DNA from: Antechinus flavipes
Taxonomy: Eukaryota
DNA length: 64,000 nt
Direction: 5' to 3'
NCBI RefSeq assembly: GCF_016432865.1
Contig: NC_067401.1
Span: forward strand, 467,232,001 to 467,296,000
Shown: positions 50,955-63,825 of the stretch, in pieces
Layout: each line of letters opens with the position of its first letter
Numbering within the stretch: position 1 is the stretch's first letter
Notes under the pieces: model-generated
Databases searched by the model: none
Told to the model about the DNA's origin: nothing
The model's input: the letters and a program-made list of their open reading frames with translations, nothing else
Program-made: the position numbers and the translations under genes

Positions 50955-52978
50955 AAGTAGAAAATGGACCCTGAATTTCCTTTTTATGTAGGAGGCTTCT
51001 GGTAAGTAAGGTGTTTAAGAATTTTTTCATACATCTAAGAAATAATGATGATAATTGAGCATCATAGTATCTTGGAAGAAATTAAGATACTGGGCAGATC
51101 TTGCTTCTCTATCAATGATCTCCAATTTACCTTGTCTATATTTTCTTCATACATAGTTGTTTTCCGCTCTCCCATGAGATTGTGAGCTTCTTGAGAACAG
51201 GACCTTTTACCTCTTTTTATATTCTACTACATTTTCTGATGCATTATAGATACTTAATAAATGTTTAATAATGAGTAGCACACTCAATTCCAGTATTTCA
51301 GGTAAATAATAATAATATAACTGATACTTAAAGAGTACTTTAATGATTTTAGAAAACATTATACAAATCATGTCCTATTTGATACCACTACAAAGAATCC
51401 AAGAGTCTTCTCCATTGATTATGAAGTCTGAGCAAGAAAAAGAAGAGCTCTGGGACTCATTTTATGTGATCACTGCTGCCCATTAGATATACAGTCATCA
51501 GAAGGAAAAAGTCAGATTTGGGAAGTGAACAGATCACTGAACAGACAATGTCTGAAAGAGGAATTTCCATCTATGGGCTATAGTTTAAAGTACAGGAATG
51601 ATAGACTCCTTTCTGGGCCAGGGTGTAATAGCTGGTTGATTTTAGCAAAGGCCTGAAAGTTTTAATGCTGGAGAAGCATGTAAGTCAGCTTCCGCTCCAA
51701 GCTAGAGTAATAAGTATTTATCCTTATTGACCAAGTCCTTTATTGACTAAGAAAATGCTCAGCATAAATTTGAATACCTATATTAAGAGACTTACTTAAG
51801 TTTGTTCCAGGAACTCTTATGTGTCTTCTGAAAGAAACTTGTAAAAAAAACAAACCTAACAGGATGTGGATAGGGAAAGACTTTGAAGAGAAGACCATAG
51901 TCCACCAACATGTATTGGAGTGGAGGGTTCCAACCCCTTATTTTCCTAATGGAATATCTAATGCTTGCAGATCTAGAAGCTGTTTAGAGAAGACCACCCT
52001 TTGGTTGAAATTATCTCTTCTCTTGGTTTTATATGACATCTTAATTACCTTCTAGTTCATTTACTCTTTTATATTTCCTGAAACATTGCAATCTATGACT
52101 TTACCAGTTTCTGTTTGTTGTTTTACTTGGATAAATGGATTTACTTATTTGCTATATGTTATAGGCATTTGCATAACTAGAAATAAAGGAAGCAGATTTC
52201 TTTCTGAACCCATACTTTATATCTTTAGATGAGAAATGATTGAAGAGTGGATGATAGCTACATTTTTAACCCATTACCTCTCTAGGAAATTGATGGTATT
52301 TTTGATACTTGGAATTTGGTGAGACTTCCCACCATCAGTTACCTATACCTCAAATGAGTGTAGACATGGTTCTTCTCATATTTTCTGAAAAGGTGGATCA
52401 GACCTCAGATCATGTCAACTATTAGCCTGTGAACCCTGTTTATGTATTTCAATAATTCACATACATGCAAAGCTGACAAAATATGCATTTTCTAAGAATT
52501 TTGCAAATCTGATCCAGGGGGCTTTAATCTAGATTTGGATTATTCAATTTGAATTCCTCTTTAGAAACTTGTTAACTGTGTGACTCGGGACAAGTGATTC
52601 AATTTCTCTGCATCTCAATTCAAACTGCCATAAAATGTGAGAGTTGATCTCAATGACCTCCAAGCTCCTATGTGTCTATAAATCTACTCTTCTATGATAC
52701 TTGAAAGCTAAATACTATAGAAAATAGTAGATACAATTTAAGAAAATGAATGACAAAAGATATAAAATAGAAAATCGTTGATACAAAGTAAGAAAATGAG
52801 TAACAAGAGATATGGAGAATATGTAACAAGGCAACAAGGAAAAAAAAAGTTCTCAGATCTATAGCGTGCATAAATATGCCTTACTACTGATTTATTGCAA
52901 GTTACAAATAAAATACAGACATTTTAACGAAACAAAGTAAAGTGGACCTAGGGGTTAGATTCATTATCAAATATGTAT

Positions 52979-53796
52979 AAGAATCTATAAATCTGATTTG
53001 GATTTTGGAATACTGTGTTCTGGCATATAGTAACCTGTAGTTTTGAAGGATCATTTAAAAAACATCTCAGGGAATTTTCAACGCTAGCATTGGTAAAATG
53101 GAAGAAATTAGCCTCTCGGTGTTAAGAAGATTAGTTTTATAATATGTCAGAAACTCAGGACAGACCAACATGCCAAAATAAAATCAAAATGGATAAAACA
53201 TTTAGGCTTAAAAGGTAATATTATAGGCAAATTAGGAGAGCAAGGGATAGTTTACCTATCAGAGCTTTAGAGAAGGGAGGGATTTATGGCTAAAAAAGAA
53301 CTCAAGAATATTATGAAATGCAAAGTGGACAACTTTGATTACATTAAATTAAAATGTATCTGCACAAACAAAATCAATGCAGGCAAGATTAGAAGGGAAG
53401 CAGAGAGCTGAGGAAGATTGAATGTAAATCAACATGTGCTATGTTTACTTTTCTTCTTTTTCTTCTGTTTTTTTTTTTTCCTCTCCTGGTTTTTTTCCCT
53501 TTTGTTCTGATTTTTCTCTCCCAACATGAAACATATGGAAATGGTTTTTAAAAATGTACATGTATAACAAAAAAAGTTGAGATTTTTTATGAGGAACTGG
53601 GAACAATAAAAATAAAAAATAAAAAAAGAATCTATAGAAGTCTGGTTTGGTTCTTGGAACAATGTGTCTTGGCATATAGTAGCCTACAGTTTTGAAAGCT
53701 CATTTAGGAAGTATCTCAGGGAATGGACAATGATAGTACCAGTAAAGTAGAAGAAATTAGCTTCATTTTCTGTGTTTAGAAATTTATCTTTATTAT
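52979..53796. repeat. Diverged ~165 bp direct repeat pair (52979-53143 and 53626-53796) flanking L1 fragments
   Basis: Shared collinear blocks AAGAATCTATA, TGGCATATAGTA, AGTTTTGAA, ATCTCAGGGAAT and GAAGAAATTAGC. Confidence 0.85.
53178..53625 (+). mobile_element. L1 fragments (ORF2 piece joined to a 3'UTR piece)
   Basis: AAAATAAAATCAAAATGGATA...TTTGATTACATTAAATTAAAA...GATTAGAAGGGAAGCAGA is followed abruptly by 3'UTR-like sequence homologous to ~13650-13800, then an A-rich tail. Confidence 0.75.
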
Positions 53797-56700
53797 TGGT
53801 GATAGGAGAGGTAGAACTGCTATTTAGTTGAGTCAACAAGCATTTATTATCTATTGTGTCCTAGGCAAAAAAAGAAGGGCAAAGCACAGTTTGTTCTCTC
53901 TTTCAAGGAGCCCACACTCTAACTGCCAATCAGACCAGACATTGTTCAAAAGAAACAGTTAGAAATATTTCATAAGAAGATGGATATTTATATTATTTGT
54001 GTGGAAGAATTGGAACCTCAAAACCCAGGTTGCTTGTGCCTACAGCTGGCAATTCCAGTGGATATCCAGGACTCATTGCAATAATAAAGGGGATGCAGGC
54101 AAAAAAAAAAAAATCAGCTATGGGCTGTACTTTCTTTCCTAGCTCCTAAGCCCCAGATAGGAATAACTATGTTAGGGACTTATTTCAGTATCTTCATATT
54201 GAAAAAAAATGGATGATATATCTGAATTGCCCGTTTCTGAGCTCCTCATAATCCTTACAAAAGAAAAAAAAATATGCTTGGAAGAAGGATGGTAAAGGGA
54301 TGTAAAATTTGAAACATGAATGGGGATAACATGATTTCAAAGGACAGTGATAACTACAGCTATGGAATGGTACATCTAAAAAAATAATGGAATAGTTTTG
54401 TATATTAGGGATCTTAATAGGTGCATATGATAGTGTAGAATAGTGAATAGAAGATCTGGTTACAGAGACAGAGAAACCTGGGTTCAATGATCACTTCTGA
54501 TACTTGTTCTCTATATGAGATCTCTATATGATCTGGATCGAGTCATTTATAATATGGCCTCTGAGTTAACCTCCCAGCTTATTCATCTATAATGCTTTAA
54601 CTTAAATAAGTTTTTTTTTGTCTTTTTCATATTATGGATACTTTTGGCAGTATTATAAAGCTTGTGAAAAACTTTCTCAGAATCATGCTTTGAAATACAT
54701 AAAATAAAATGTGTAAGATTAAAAGGAAAGAGATTATATGGAAATAAGTAGATAATTTTGCCCATCCAAATTCATAGATTACATGTAATCTGATCACAGA
54801 CCCCATATTAAGAATTCTTGGTTTAATAGATGGTATTTGTGGGCTATTATGGCTTAAAGAATTATTTACCATGAAGCCACCATCCAATAAGACATTCAAT
54901 TAGACTAGTCCTTAAAAAGAGATACTGTGAATCAGTATTGGACTAGAGTACAAGATGGCCTTCTAGTCTTGTTAGATCTAGTTAGAGCTTGTTCTTGCTG
55001 GCACAGTTTTCAAGAATCAAGCATCACCTATACATCAAAATGAGACATTAGAGGTATAAGAGGTACAAATATTACCAAAAAAAGAGCTTCATCAATAGAT
55101 GTTAATGTCACCTTGCCAAATAGGATCCAGCACTAACTGGGAGAAAAAGCTTAAGCCAAGGTACCAGCAATCAAACAAAAAATGGAGGGGGAGAATAAGG
55201 AGGGTGGTGATAATGCTAGAAACACCTCCATTAGCTTTACCCTTCAGTGAACCTTTCATATCCGTTGAGTGTCCTGCTGTGCATGAGAATATGTTATCAC
55301 AAGAAAAAGTGACATCCTTTAATTAAGTTGCCTTGGAAAAGAGCAGACATAAAAATGCAAGTCTAAGGATCAGAGGGGGAGGGCATCCATGTGGGAATGC
55401 ACAGGAACAAAGCAAGGAGACAGAAATAGCAATACTGCTCCTGTTTTTTGATTTTCCTAGCAAATTTAAACGCTATCTCCTATAGGAAGCCATCTCCGAT
55501 ATTTTACTCTTTTCACAAACTCTGTTCTATGGACATTGCTCTATTTTATGGACATTGAACAGCATTTTATTTATACTTTGAAGAAAAGCATTTGTCGAGT
55601 TTAAATATATATATTCTGGTTATTTGTATACATTTTATTTCTCCCTATCTTTTGCTCTCTCACCCTTCCTCCCTTCATTGTATTCACCATAAATTCTATG
55701 AAGGCAGGAATTAGTGTTTACCTAAACTTTGTATCTAGTTCAGTCCCTAGAATAGTGTTGCCCTCTACATTAGGCCATTATTAAAAGTGTGAAATTCCAC
55801 TGAAATGGGTTCACATAGTCAAGTGAAGGCAGGACAATTTGAGTTCAGTCTAACATCTGAGTCAAAACTAATCTAGTCACTTAATTTCTCAATGTCTCAA
55901 GGAAACTTTTTAAAGCTATAAGCTGTAGAACAATCATTTTTTACTTCAGGACTCAGAGGACTTGTCATGTTTCTTGGATCTGTATATTGGAGTGGAGATA
56001 AGAAGTTGACCTTGGAAGGCAATCTGGTATAGTGAATAGAGTACCAGACTTGGAGTTATGAAGAAGTGAGTTCAAATACCAACTTAAACACTTACTAGGT
56101 TCTGATGCTGGGTTTGGAACCAAAAGGCTTCTAAGGTTTCTTCTAGCTATTAATCTAGAATATTATGATCTATGAGAAGTAGTTGGTCAAAAAGCATTTG
56201 TTAAGTATTTACTATCAATTAATCACGAATAAATAAATAAATCAGTAAGAAATAACTATTAAACAACCTCTAGGTACCAAAAAAATGGGACTATAAAGCA
56301 TCGCAAAGCTTTGTATCTCATTGTCCAAAGGGAGAGATAACGTAAAAACAAAAACAAAAACAAAAAAACAACTATGTACAAATAAGTTATATAAGATAAA
56401 TTGAATATAATCAGCAGAATTAAAGCATTAGAATTAAGGGAAATCAGGAAAGATATCTTATAGAAGATGGAATTTTAGTTGCCTTCAGGGAAGGCAGAGG
56501 ATGAGAGAGAGATGATGATGGATGGGCTGAAGAAATTTGGTCACTCCCTAGGAATCATCCATAAAAAATCAAGCAAGTTAAAACTGGAGTCAGAATTAGA
56601 GTTAGAACCACAATTTAAGGCTTAGAAACATCATATTCCTTAGTGATAATTTTAAAGAGAAGCCCCCCCATTGAGAGTTGATATCACTAGAAAATCATCC

Positions 56701-57134
56701 TTGGATTTAGTCAGGAAATACACTTAGAACTCTGAAAGGGATATTAGTTTTGCTTTAAAGGTGAAGCTAGTCTGTGAGGGGAGGATTTAAGAGAAATTAT
56801 ATGAACTCCAATTAGACTACTTAATCACAAGGTAATAGAATAATCATACTAATTGGGACCTAGATCTACTTATAACCTCCTTTGCAGACCTTAATAATGC
56901 AGGTCACATTATTTGGATTCTCACTCAATATTCCCATTGATTTAGAGCCTAATATTATATTTAACACAAATAAAACTTATAATAGTGTATATTTGAGTAT
57001 GCATATGAATATTTCAAGGGATCATATTATAAATGTGTATATACACACATTCATGTATGTATTACATGTACATATATAATTATATATGTATAATGTATAT
57101 AGATGTAATATGTCTATAGATGTGTAATATTTAT

Positions 57135-59308
57135 AAATAGATGAAGAAAGAAGGAAAGGAAAAGGAAAGGAAAAAAAAGAAAGATACGCTCAACTGAATT
57201 CAGAATTCCAGACAATGGCAAGAAAGAGAAGCAGATTTTATAATACCCTCAATTCAAAGAAATAGGGAAAAAAAAAAACATCAGAATGAGAAAGACAAGG
57301 GGTTATCTCTTCAAGAACATTAAATATATCAAGGGAACATTTCATAAAAAATAGATGTGATCAAAGACAAAAATGGTAGGGACTTTTCTGAAGCAGAAGA
57401 GATAAAAGAAAGGTGGCAAGATTACACAAAAGAACTAAAGAAGAGAGTTCTAAACATCACTGATGACTACAATGCTGTGGTTATTGATCTAGAGTTAGAC
57501 ATCCTGGAAAATGAAGTCAAGTGAACTTTAGGGAGCATTATTAAACAGTAAAGCTAGTGTAGGTGATGGAATTCTAGCTAAATTATTTAAAATCCTTAAA
57601 AAAAATGATGCTATTAAAAGTGCTGCACTTAATATGCCAACAAATTTGGAAAACTAAATAGTATCCAATGGATTGGAAAAAATCAGTTTGTGTTATGATA
57701 ATCGCACTAGCACCCAGGATACCTCAGAAGCAGCCTGAGTCAGGATAAGCAAAAGTCTCAGTCTTTTTTCTTGGTCCTTAGATGCAGGATTGAACAGGAT
57801 AGAAGCAGAATCTCCACAACCGCCTTCTCCCTCGTCTACTGCCCAAGTGTGACTCTGGCTAGTCTTACTCCACCTCCTAGTCCCTCCTACAATCCTCTAT
57901 ACACCAATCATTGAGCCAGCACGGATAGTGGAAAGGACCATTTTCCAAGCATATACCCACAGAGTATTGTTCAATCAGTAGTTAGCCTCAAGTGCTCAGC
58001 AGTCCCAACTTCAATGCATCGACTCAATAGTTTCAGCCCTCTACATTGTGTCCCAGTCCTTTCCAAAGCAATGCCAAGGAATATTTAAATGTATATTTCA
58101 CATGACAACAAGAATATGCTTAAGATTTTGCAAGCTAGAATTTAGCAATATGTAACCTGAGGATGACTAGAATAGCATATTGGCTTTTTAAGAGGCAGAA
58201 GAACTAAAGCCCAAAATGCCAATATTTCATGAGTTATGGAGAAAGCAAGGGAATTCCAGGAAAAAAAAATACTTCTGCTTCATCAAATACCCTAAACCCA
58301 TTGACTGTGTAGATCACCACAGACTATGTCAAGTCTTCAAAGATTCAGGAATATCATATCACCTTGTTTTCTGAGGCATCTGCGTGTGGGCCAAGAAGTA
58401 AGAGTAAGAGTCAAACATGGAATGACTGACTGAAGACTAAAAAAGTAGTATAATTAGGTGGTACAATGTCTCCTTATTTAATTAATCTACATTCAGAGTA
58501 CATCATACAAAATGCCAGGCTGTACAAATCAAAAGTCAGAATTAAGGATGCCAGAAGAAATATCAGCAATTTCAGATATACAGATGTCACTACTGTAATG
58601 ACAGAAAGCAAATTCAATTTTAAAATCTACCTATTGATTAGGGAGAAAGAAGAGGATATAAAAGCTGACTTGAAGCTTAACTTCAAGAACACTGAACTCC
58701 TAGCAACTAGTCCCATCACTTTCTAGCAAACAGTGGAAGAAGAAATGAAAGCAGTGTCAGATTTTATTTTTCTTGAGCTAAATGAGCACTGTAGATGGTG
58801 AATATAGAGGTGAAATTAAAAGCTGCTTCCTACTTGGAAGATAAACTATGGAAAATCTGGATAACATACTTAAATGCAGGGATATAATTTCGCTGGAAAA
58901 AAATCTATATAGTCAAAGCTACGGTTTTTCCAGTAGCAATGTATGGCTGACTATTGGTCTATAAGGAAGGGTGAGCCCTGAATACTAGCACTGGTGCTAG
59001 AGACTTCTGAGAGTCTTTGGGTAGCAAAATGTAAATACTTAAAGAAATTAATTCAAATTATTCATTAGTGCATCGAATAACAAAGTTGAAGCTTAATATT
59101 CTGGTCACACAATGAGAAAAAGGGATTCATTAGAAAAGAGACTGATGTTGGGAAATATTGAAGGCAAAAGGAAAAGGGAGAAGCAGAGGATAAGACGGAT
59201 AGATAATATTGTGGGCTTTGTGAGATAGTGGAAGACAACAGATTCTGGCATGCTATGGTCCATAGGGCCACAAAGAATCATACATGACTGAACGATTGTA
59301 CAATAACT
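57135..59308 (+). mobile_element. Decayed, 5'-truncated BovB (RTE clade) LINE interrupted by a solo LTR
   Basis: Disrupted reverse-transcriptase frames. ORF 58466-58726 (SPYLINLHSEYIIQNARL...RNISNFRYTDVTTVM) aligns with BovB LSPCLFNLYAEYIMRNAGL...RNINNLRYADDTTLM. RYAQLNSEFQ lies near 57183. The 3' end CATAGGGCCACAAAGAATCATACATGACTGAAC is BovB-type. Confidence 0.9.
57694..58045 (-). mobile_element. Solo ERV LTR (family A, copy 2) nested in BovB
   Basis: Perfect 6-bp TSD TTGTGT (57688-57693 and 58046-58051). The reverse complement begins TGTAGAGGGCTGAAACT and is collinear with 26282-26633. The terminal CA has mutated to TA. Confidence 0.85.
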
Positions 59309-59904
59309 AAAATACACATATGTGCACATATGTGCATGTGTATGTATGTGTGTGAATTGAGACCTTGCTGTAAAGTGCTATAAAACCTTTGAAGTTCTGC
59401 ACTGAAGTAGGCTGTCATAATTAAGTTAATATTTTTTTACTCTGATATCTCACTGAGATGGAAGTGATTTGGGGTTCTCTAAAGTACGTCAGCAAAGGAC
59501 AGTTTAGTTTAGACACTAACATTCAGGAAAAGCTTTCAGTATCTACCTGCTGATAGATTATGGGATAATTTAATTTCAACCCTGATAAAATTAAAGAAAC
59601 TCTTCATAATCTTAATAATCACCAGAAGTTATTCACTGAGATATGGAAGGGATGAGTTTTGGGGTTTAGCTTTTAAAGCCCTCCACCTCCTGCTCCTAAA
59701 CTACCTTTCCCTTCTCACTGGACATGACATTACTACCCCTGCTTCATTATGCAAGCCAGGCAAACAGAAATGTTCCTCACATGGGACATTGTATCTGCTC
59801 CTGATATACTTTTGCACTGTCTGTGCCCCATGCCAGCAAGATATTCCTTCCTTAACTCCATCTCACAGGATTCCTCTGAAACCAAATTAATCAGCATTTC
59901 TTTC

Positions 59905-60063
59905 TTTTCTTTTCTTTTTTTTTTTTTTCTGAGGCAATTGGAGTTAAGTGACTTGCCCAGGGTTACAGAGCTGGGAAGTGTTAAGTGTCTGAGGTCAGAT
60001 TTGAACTTGGATCCTCCTGACTTCAGGGCTGGCACTCTATCCACTGCACCACCTGGCTGCCCC
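59905..60063 (-). mobile_element. Young full-length WSINE1-type SINE with 10-bp TSD
   Basis: The reverse complement reads GGGCAGCCAGGTGGTGCAGTGGATAGAGTGCCAGCCCTGAAGTCAGGAGGATCCAAGTTCAAATC...AATTGCCTCAG followed by an A-tail. The TSD is CATTTCTTTC (59895-59904 and 60065-60074). Pol III A/B boxes are recognisable. Confidence 0.85.
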
Positions 60064-61054
60064 TCATTTCTTTCAAGAAGCAACGTCAATTATCTTTTGA
60101 TAATTTGAATGTCAATAATCTTTTCTTGATCATTTCAACTGATAATGCCTTCCATCCCAAACTCTTTCAAATTTCCCTCCCTTATAAATAAATAAATATA
60201 CATACGTACATATCAATTAATTTTATATTTATGCTGAATAGATTTACATATGTTTTTACTATCCCTATTGTAAGCTCATTTTGAGTCAAGATAATGTCAT
60301 TCTTTGTTAATCATCCTAGCATGTGCTTAATAAGCACTTACCAACTATTTGATTGATCAATTGTGAGGAGCATTCACCAATATTTGACCATGGACACCGA
60401 AACAATAAACCATTTCCTTAGTAAGATAGTCAATGATATGGGAAACCACCATCAGGGTAAACCAAGTAATCAGCCTTCAAACAAAGGAGAGTTGACTATG
60501 CCATCTCACATACATTGACTTACTAAAGTACCAAGGTATTTTCTGGGCATGTTCTACTAGGCAGTAAAAGGCAGATCACTAAGAAGGGAACTACTAGAAG
60601 TCATATATATGAGACCTCAAGTCAGCTGTCCTTGGACCATTAATCTTCTAGCTCTGTTCGTTGTTCCTAAGTGATATGTGAACAGCCAAAGCCACCTCTT
60701 TCTAAACTTAGGAAAAAGTCTATCCTGAGACCCCAAATGTTTAAGGATTCAATAAAACTGAGAAGTACTGGCCAAATGCACTTTCTCTAAATCTTTAAAG
60801 CTGTTTCTATTTTAAGAGAAATACAATGCAGATGAGGCTGATTCATTTAAATCATAGAAATATTGATTTTTCAAAAAAGCTATTTGGTGTACCAGAAGCT
60901 TTTTGAGTATTTTAAGTATAATTTTAATATTAAAAAAGGCTTATGTCTTAACAGGAAACCATTGTATTATGCCAAGGGAAAATGTATTAAAATCTCCCTC
61001 AAATGTGACTATCTTCCCAAAGAGGATGGCTACAGGTCAGAAAGGGCTCTAGAT

Positions 61055-61290
61055 AGCTAAGTGATAGAGTAGATAGAGCACTAGTCTGCAAGAAGATGTG
61101 AGTTCATAGCCTGCTCCAAATGATTACTGGCTATCCGATCCTGAGCAAATCAGTTCACCTCCCTGTGACTCAGTTTCTTCAAGTATGAAATAGGAATAAT
61201 AATAGCACCTAACTCACAAGGTTGTTGTGAGGATCAAATGTGATGATTTATGCAAAATGCTTTGCAAAATTTAAAGAACTTTCTAAATGC
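61055..61290 (+). mobile_element. MIR-family SINE
   Basis: Head GATAGAGTAGATAGAGCACTAG, core and tail CACAAGGTTGTTGTGAGGATCAAATG. Many more MIR fragments are present but not listed. Confidence 0.7.
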
Positions 61291-62974
61291 TAATTCATGC
61301 TGTCAAACTAGCCTCCAAAGAGCATGTTCTCACCCTCATAAGATATTTTGAATTAGGAAAATGTAAAAATCTTTATTATTTATTCATTCGCTCATTTGTT
61401 TGTTTAGGATTTGGATTTTCATGCTAAGCAGGCAGTTAAAATTTAACCAACAGTGGTAGAAAAATACAACAGCAAGAAAACCTAAGAATAAAGAGAATTT
61501 TTTTTCTCAATTATGAAACATTGATAAAGCATGTGTATATGATTAGAGAAGCTTTTTTAAAACTATGTGGGAGATAGCACCATTCACACAGTACTTAAAG
61601 TCCAAGTTTAAAAATCTGAAGAAATTATAATGAGAGTTGTTAAAAAAAAAAAAAAAGAAAGAAAAAGAAACTCAACAACCTTTTGATTTAAGATGAACAA
61701 GTTTTAAAATGAACCTGAAAGGTTTAAATGAAGGCTTCCATCCCTGTCACATACTATTTGACCTTGGACAAGATACTTCAATTTCCTGGGTTTGTTTCCT
61801 TATCTATAAAATGTGAGGGATGGAGGAAATGGCCCTTGACGATGCATTTCTAGATCCTATTATTGGAATGATACTTACTGTGTACCTAGCATAGTGCTAA
61901 GTGCTGGGAATACAAATAAAAAAATTGAGGCAGTTCCAGAACTCAACAAGTTCATATTCTACTTGGAGGAAACAATATATCAGCTGCAGGGCTTATGGCA
62001 AGGGATAAGAGTGCATTGTCAGACAAGTGAGATCCTTTGAAAAAAGTTTCAGAGTTGGGATGTTGAGTGAGAGTCAGAATTCTATCCATGGGCTACTTCC
62101 TTCAGCTTGGCTTCTGATCTCTCCATTAGGAGAGCTCAGAATGGAGTGATTAAGTACTGATGGTACCAACTGTCCCATTTTTGTCTCTTCAATTGTACTC
62201 TCTTTGCCTCAATTTCCTCACCGGTCAAATGAGAGGCCTAGATCAAATGAGCCCAAGGGTTTCTCCTAAATTTATGATTCTTGACAAGTTCACAAGGTTT
62301 CTGTTGCATCGAATGGTGATCCATTTGAAGTAAAGATGAGCTAGAGAGTCATTTAAAAATCACCCCCAAAAAGGCAAGTATAGATTTCCAGGAAAAGAGA
62401 ATCAAGAAATAGGAGATGGAGTGGGACTGGTGGGGAATGAAGTCAACAGCATCTGATTTCACATGAAAAAAAAAATCATAAGATGAAATCATTCCAGAGT
62501 TAGTAATATTTGATTTTTGTCTTTTCTCATGGGAATGAGGAATGATGCCTCCTCTCTTTTTCCACAATAAAATCTGTCCTATGTTTTGGGTGCTCGGATC
62601 TCTTTGGTTCTAAAATTTCTCCTACTTTTTCCCAAGGAGACTTCCTCTCTTTTTTAGGAAGATATCTAGGCTTTGTTTGCACCAAGCAAAGAAATTAAAA
62701 TATACTCTCACCTTAATGAATATATGAAGTATTTGCATTTTAGCACTTGTTTTAGGTGGGATAGGTTCTTTGATTAATTTGTTCATTTGGCCCCTGTTCT
62801 ACACAAAGATGGAAAATGACACAATAGTAGCACCTAGCATAGGAATAACATGAAGGATAAATTGTAGAAACAAAGATTGGGAGACAGAAAGACTTTGAGG
62901 ATTATTCTGATGAAAGGATGTATGAGGTTCTTGACTAGGGAGGTAAAAAAAGAAATAAAAAGAGGTGACAGACC

Positions 62975-63825
62975 ACATTGACTAAGGTGACAAGAAAATA
63001 TAATGATGAATGTTGGAGGGGATGTGGATGTGGAACTGTGAATGGATCCAACCATTCTGAAGAGCAATTTGGAACTACGCTCAAAAAGTTTTCAAATTGT
63101 GTATCCCTTTGACCCAGAAGTGTTACTACTGGGCTTATATCCCAAAGAAATCTTAAAGGACGGAAAAGGATCCACATGTGCAAAAGTGTTTGTAGCCAGA
63201 AAGTGGAAACTAAGTGGATGCCCATTATTTGGGGAATGGCTGAGTAAATTGTGGTATATGAATGCTATGGATTATTGTTCTGTAAGAAATGACCAGCAGG
63301 ATGATTTCAGAAAGGCCTGGATAGACTTATAGGAACTGATGCTGAGTGAAATAAGCAGAACTAGGAGATCATTGTACATGGCAACAACAAGACTATAGGA
63401 TGATCAGTTCTGATGAACGTGGCTCTCTTCAACAATGAGATGATTCAACCAGTTCTACTTGCTCAATGATGAAGAGAGTCATCTACACCCAGAGAGAGAA
63501 TTGAGGGAACAGAGTATGGACCACAACATTCTGACTCTCTCTGTTGTTATTTGCTTGCATTTTGTTTTATTTCTCAGTTTTTCTTTTTCTTCCTTCTTGA
63601 TGCGATTTTTCTTGTGCAGCATAAACAGAAACTGCATAAACATGTACACATACATTGGATTTACCATGTATTTTAACATAATTAACATATATGGGACTAC
63701 CTGCCAGTTAGGAGAAGGGGTGGGGAGGAGAAGGGGAAAATTTGGATCAAAAGATTTTGCAAGGGTCAATGTTGGAAAAATTACCCATGCATAGGTTTTG
63801 TAAATAAAAAGCTTTAATTAAAAAA
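62975..63825 (+). mobile_element. L1 LINE 3' fragment
   Basis: ORF 63042-63332 (PFDPEVLLLGLYPKEILK...WKLSGCPLFGEWLSKLWYMNAMDY) is the L1 ORF2 C-terminus. The 3'UTR ends AATAAAAAGCTTTAATTAAAAAA. Confidence 0.9.

Noticed and set aside
58466-58726. 86-aa ORF with an RT-like RYTD motif as a functional reverse transcriptase
   Set aside because: It is part of a BovB copy with many stops and frameshifts, an LTR insertion, and a YADD motif mutated to YTDV.
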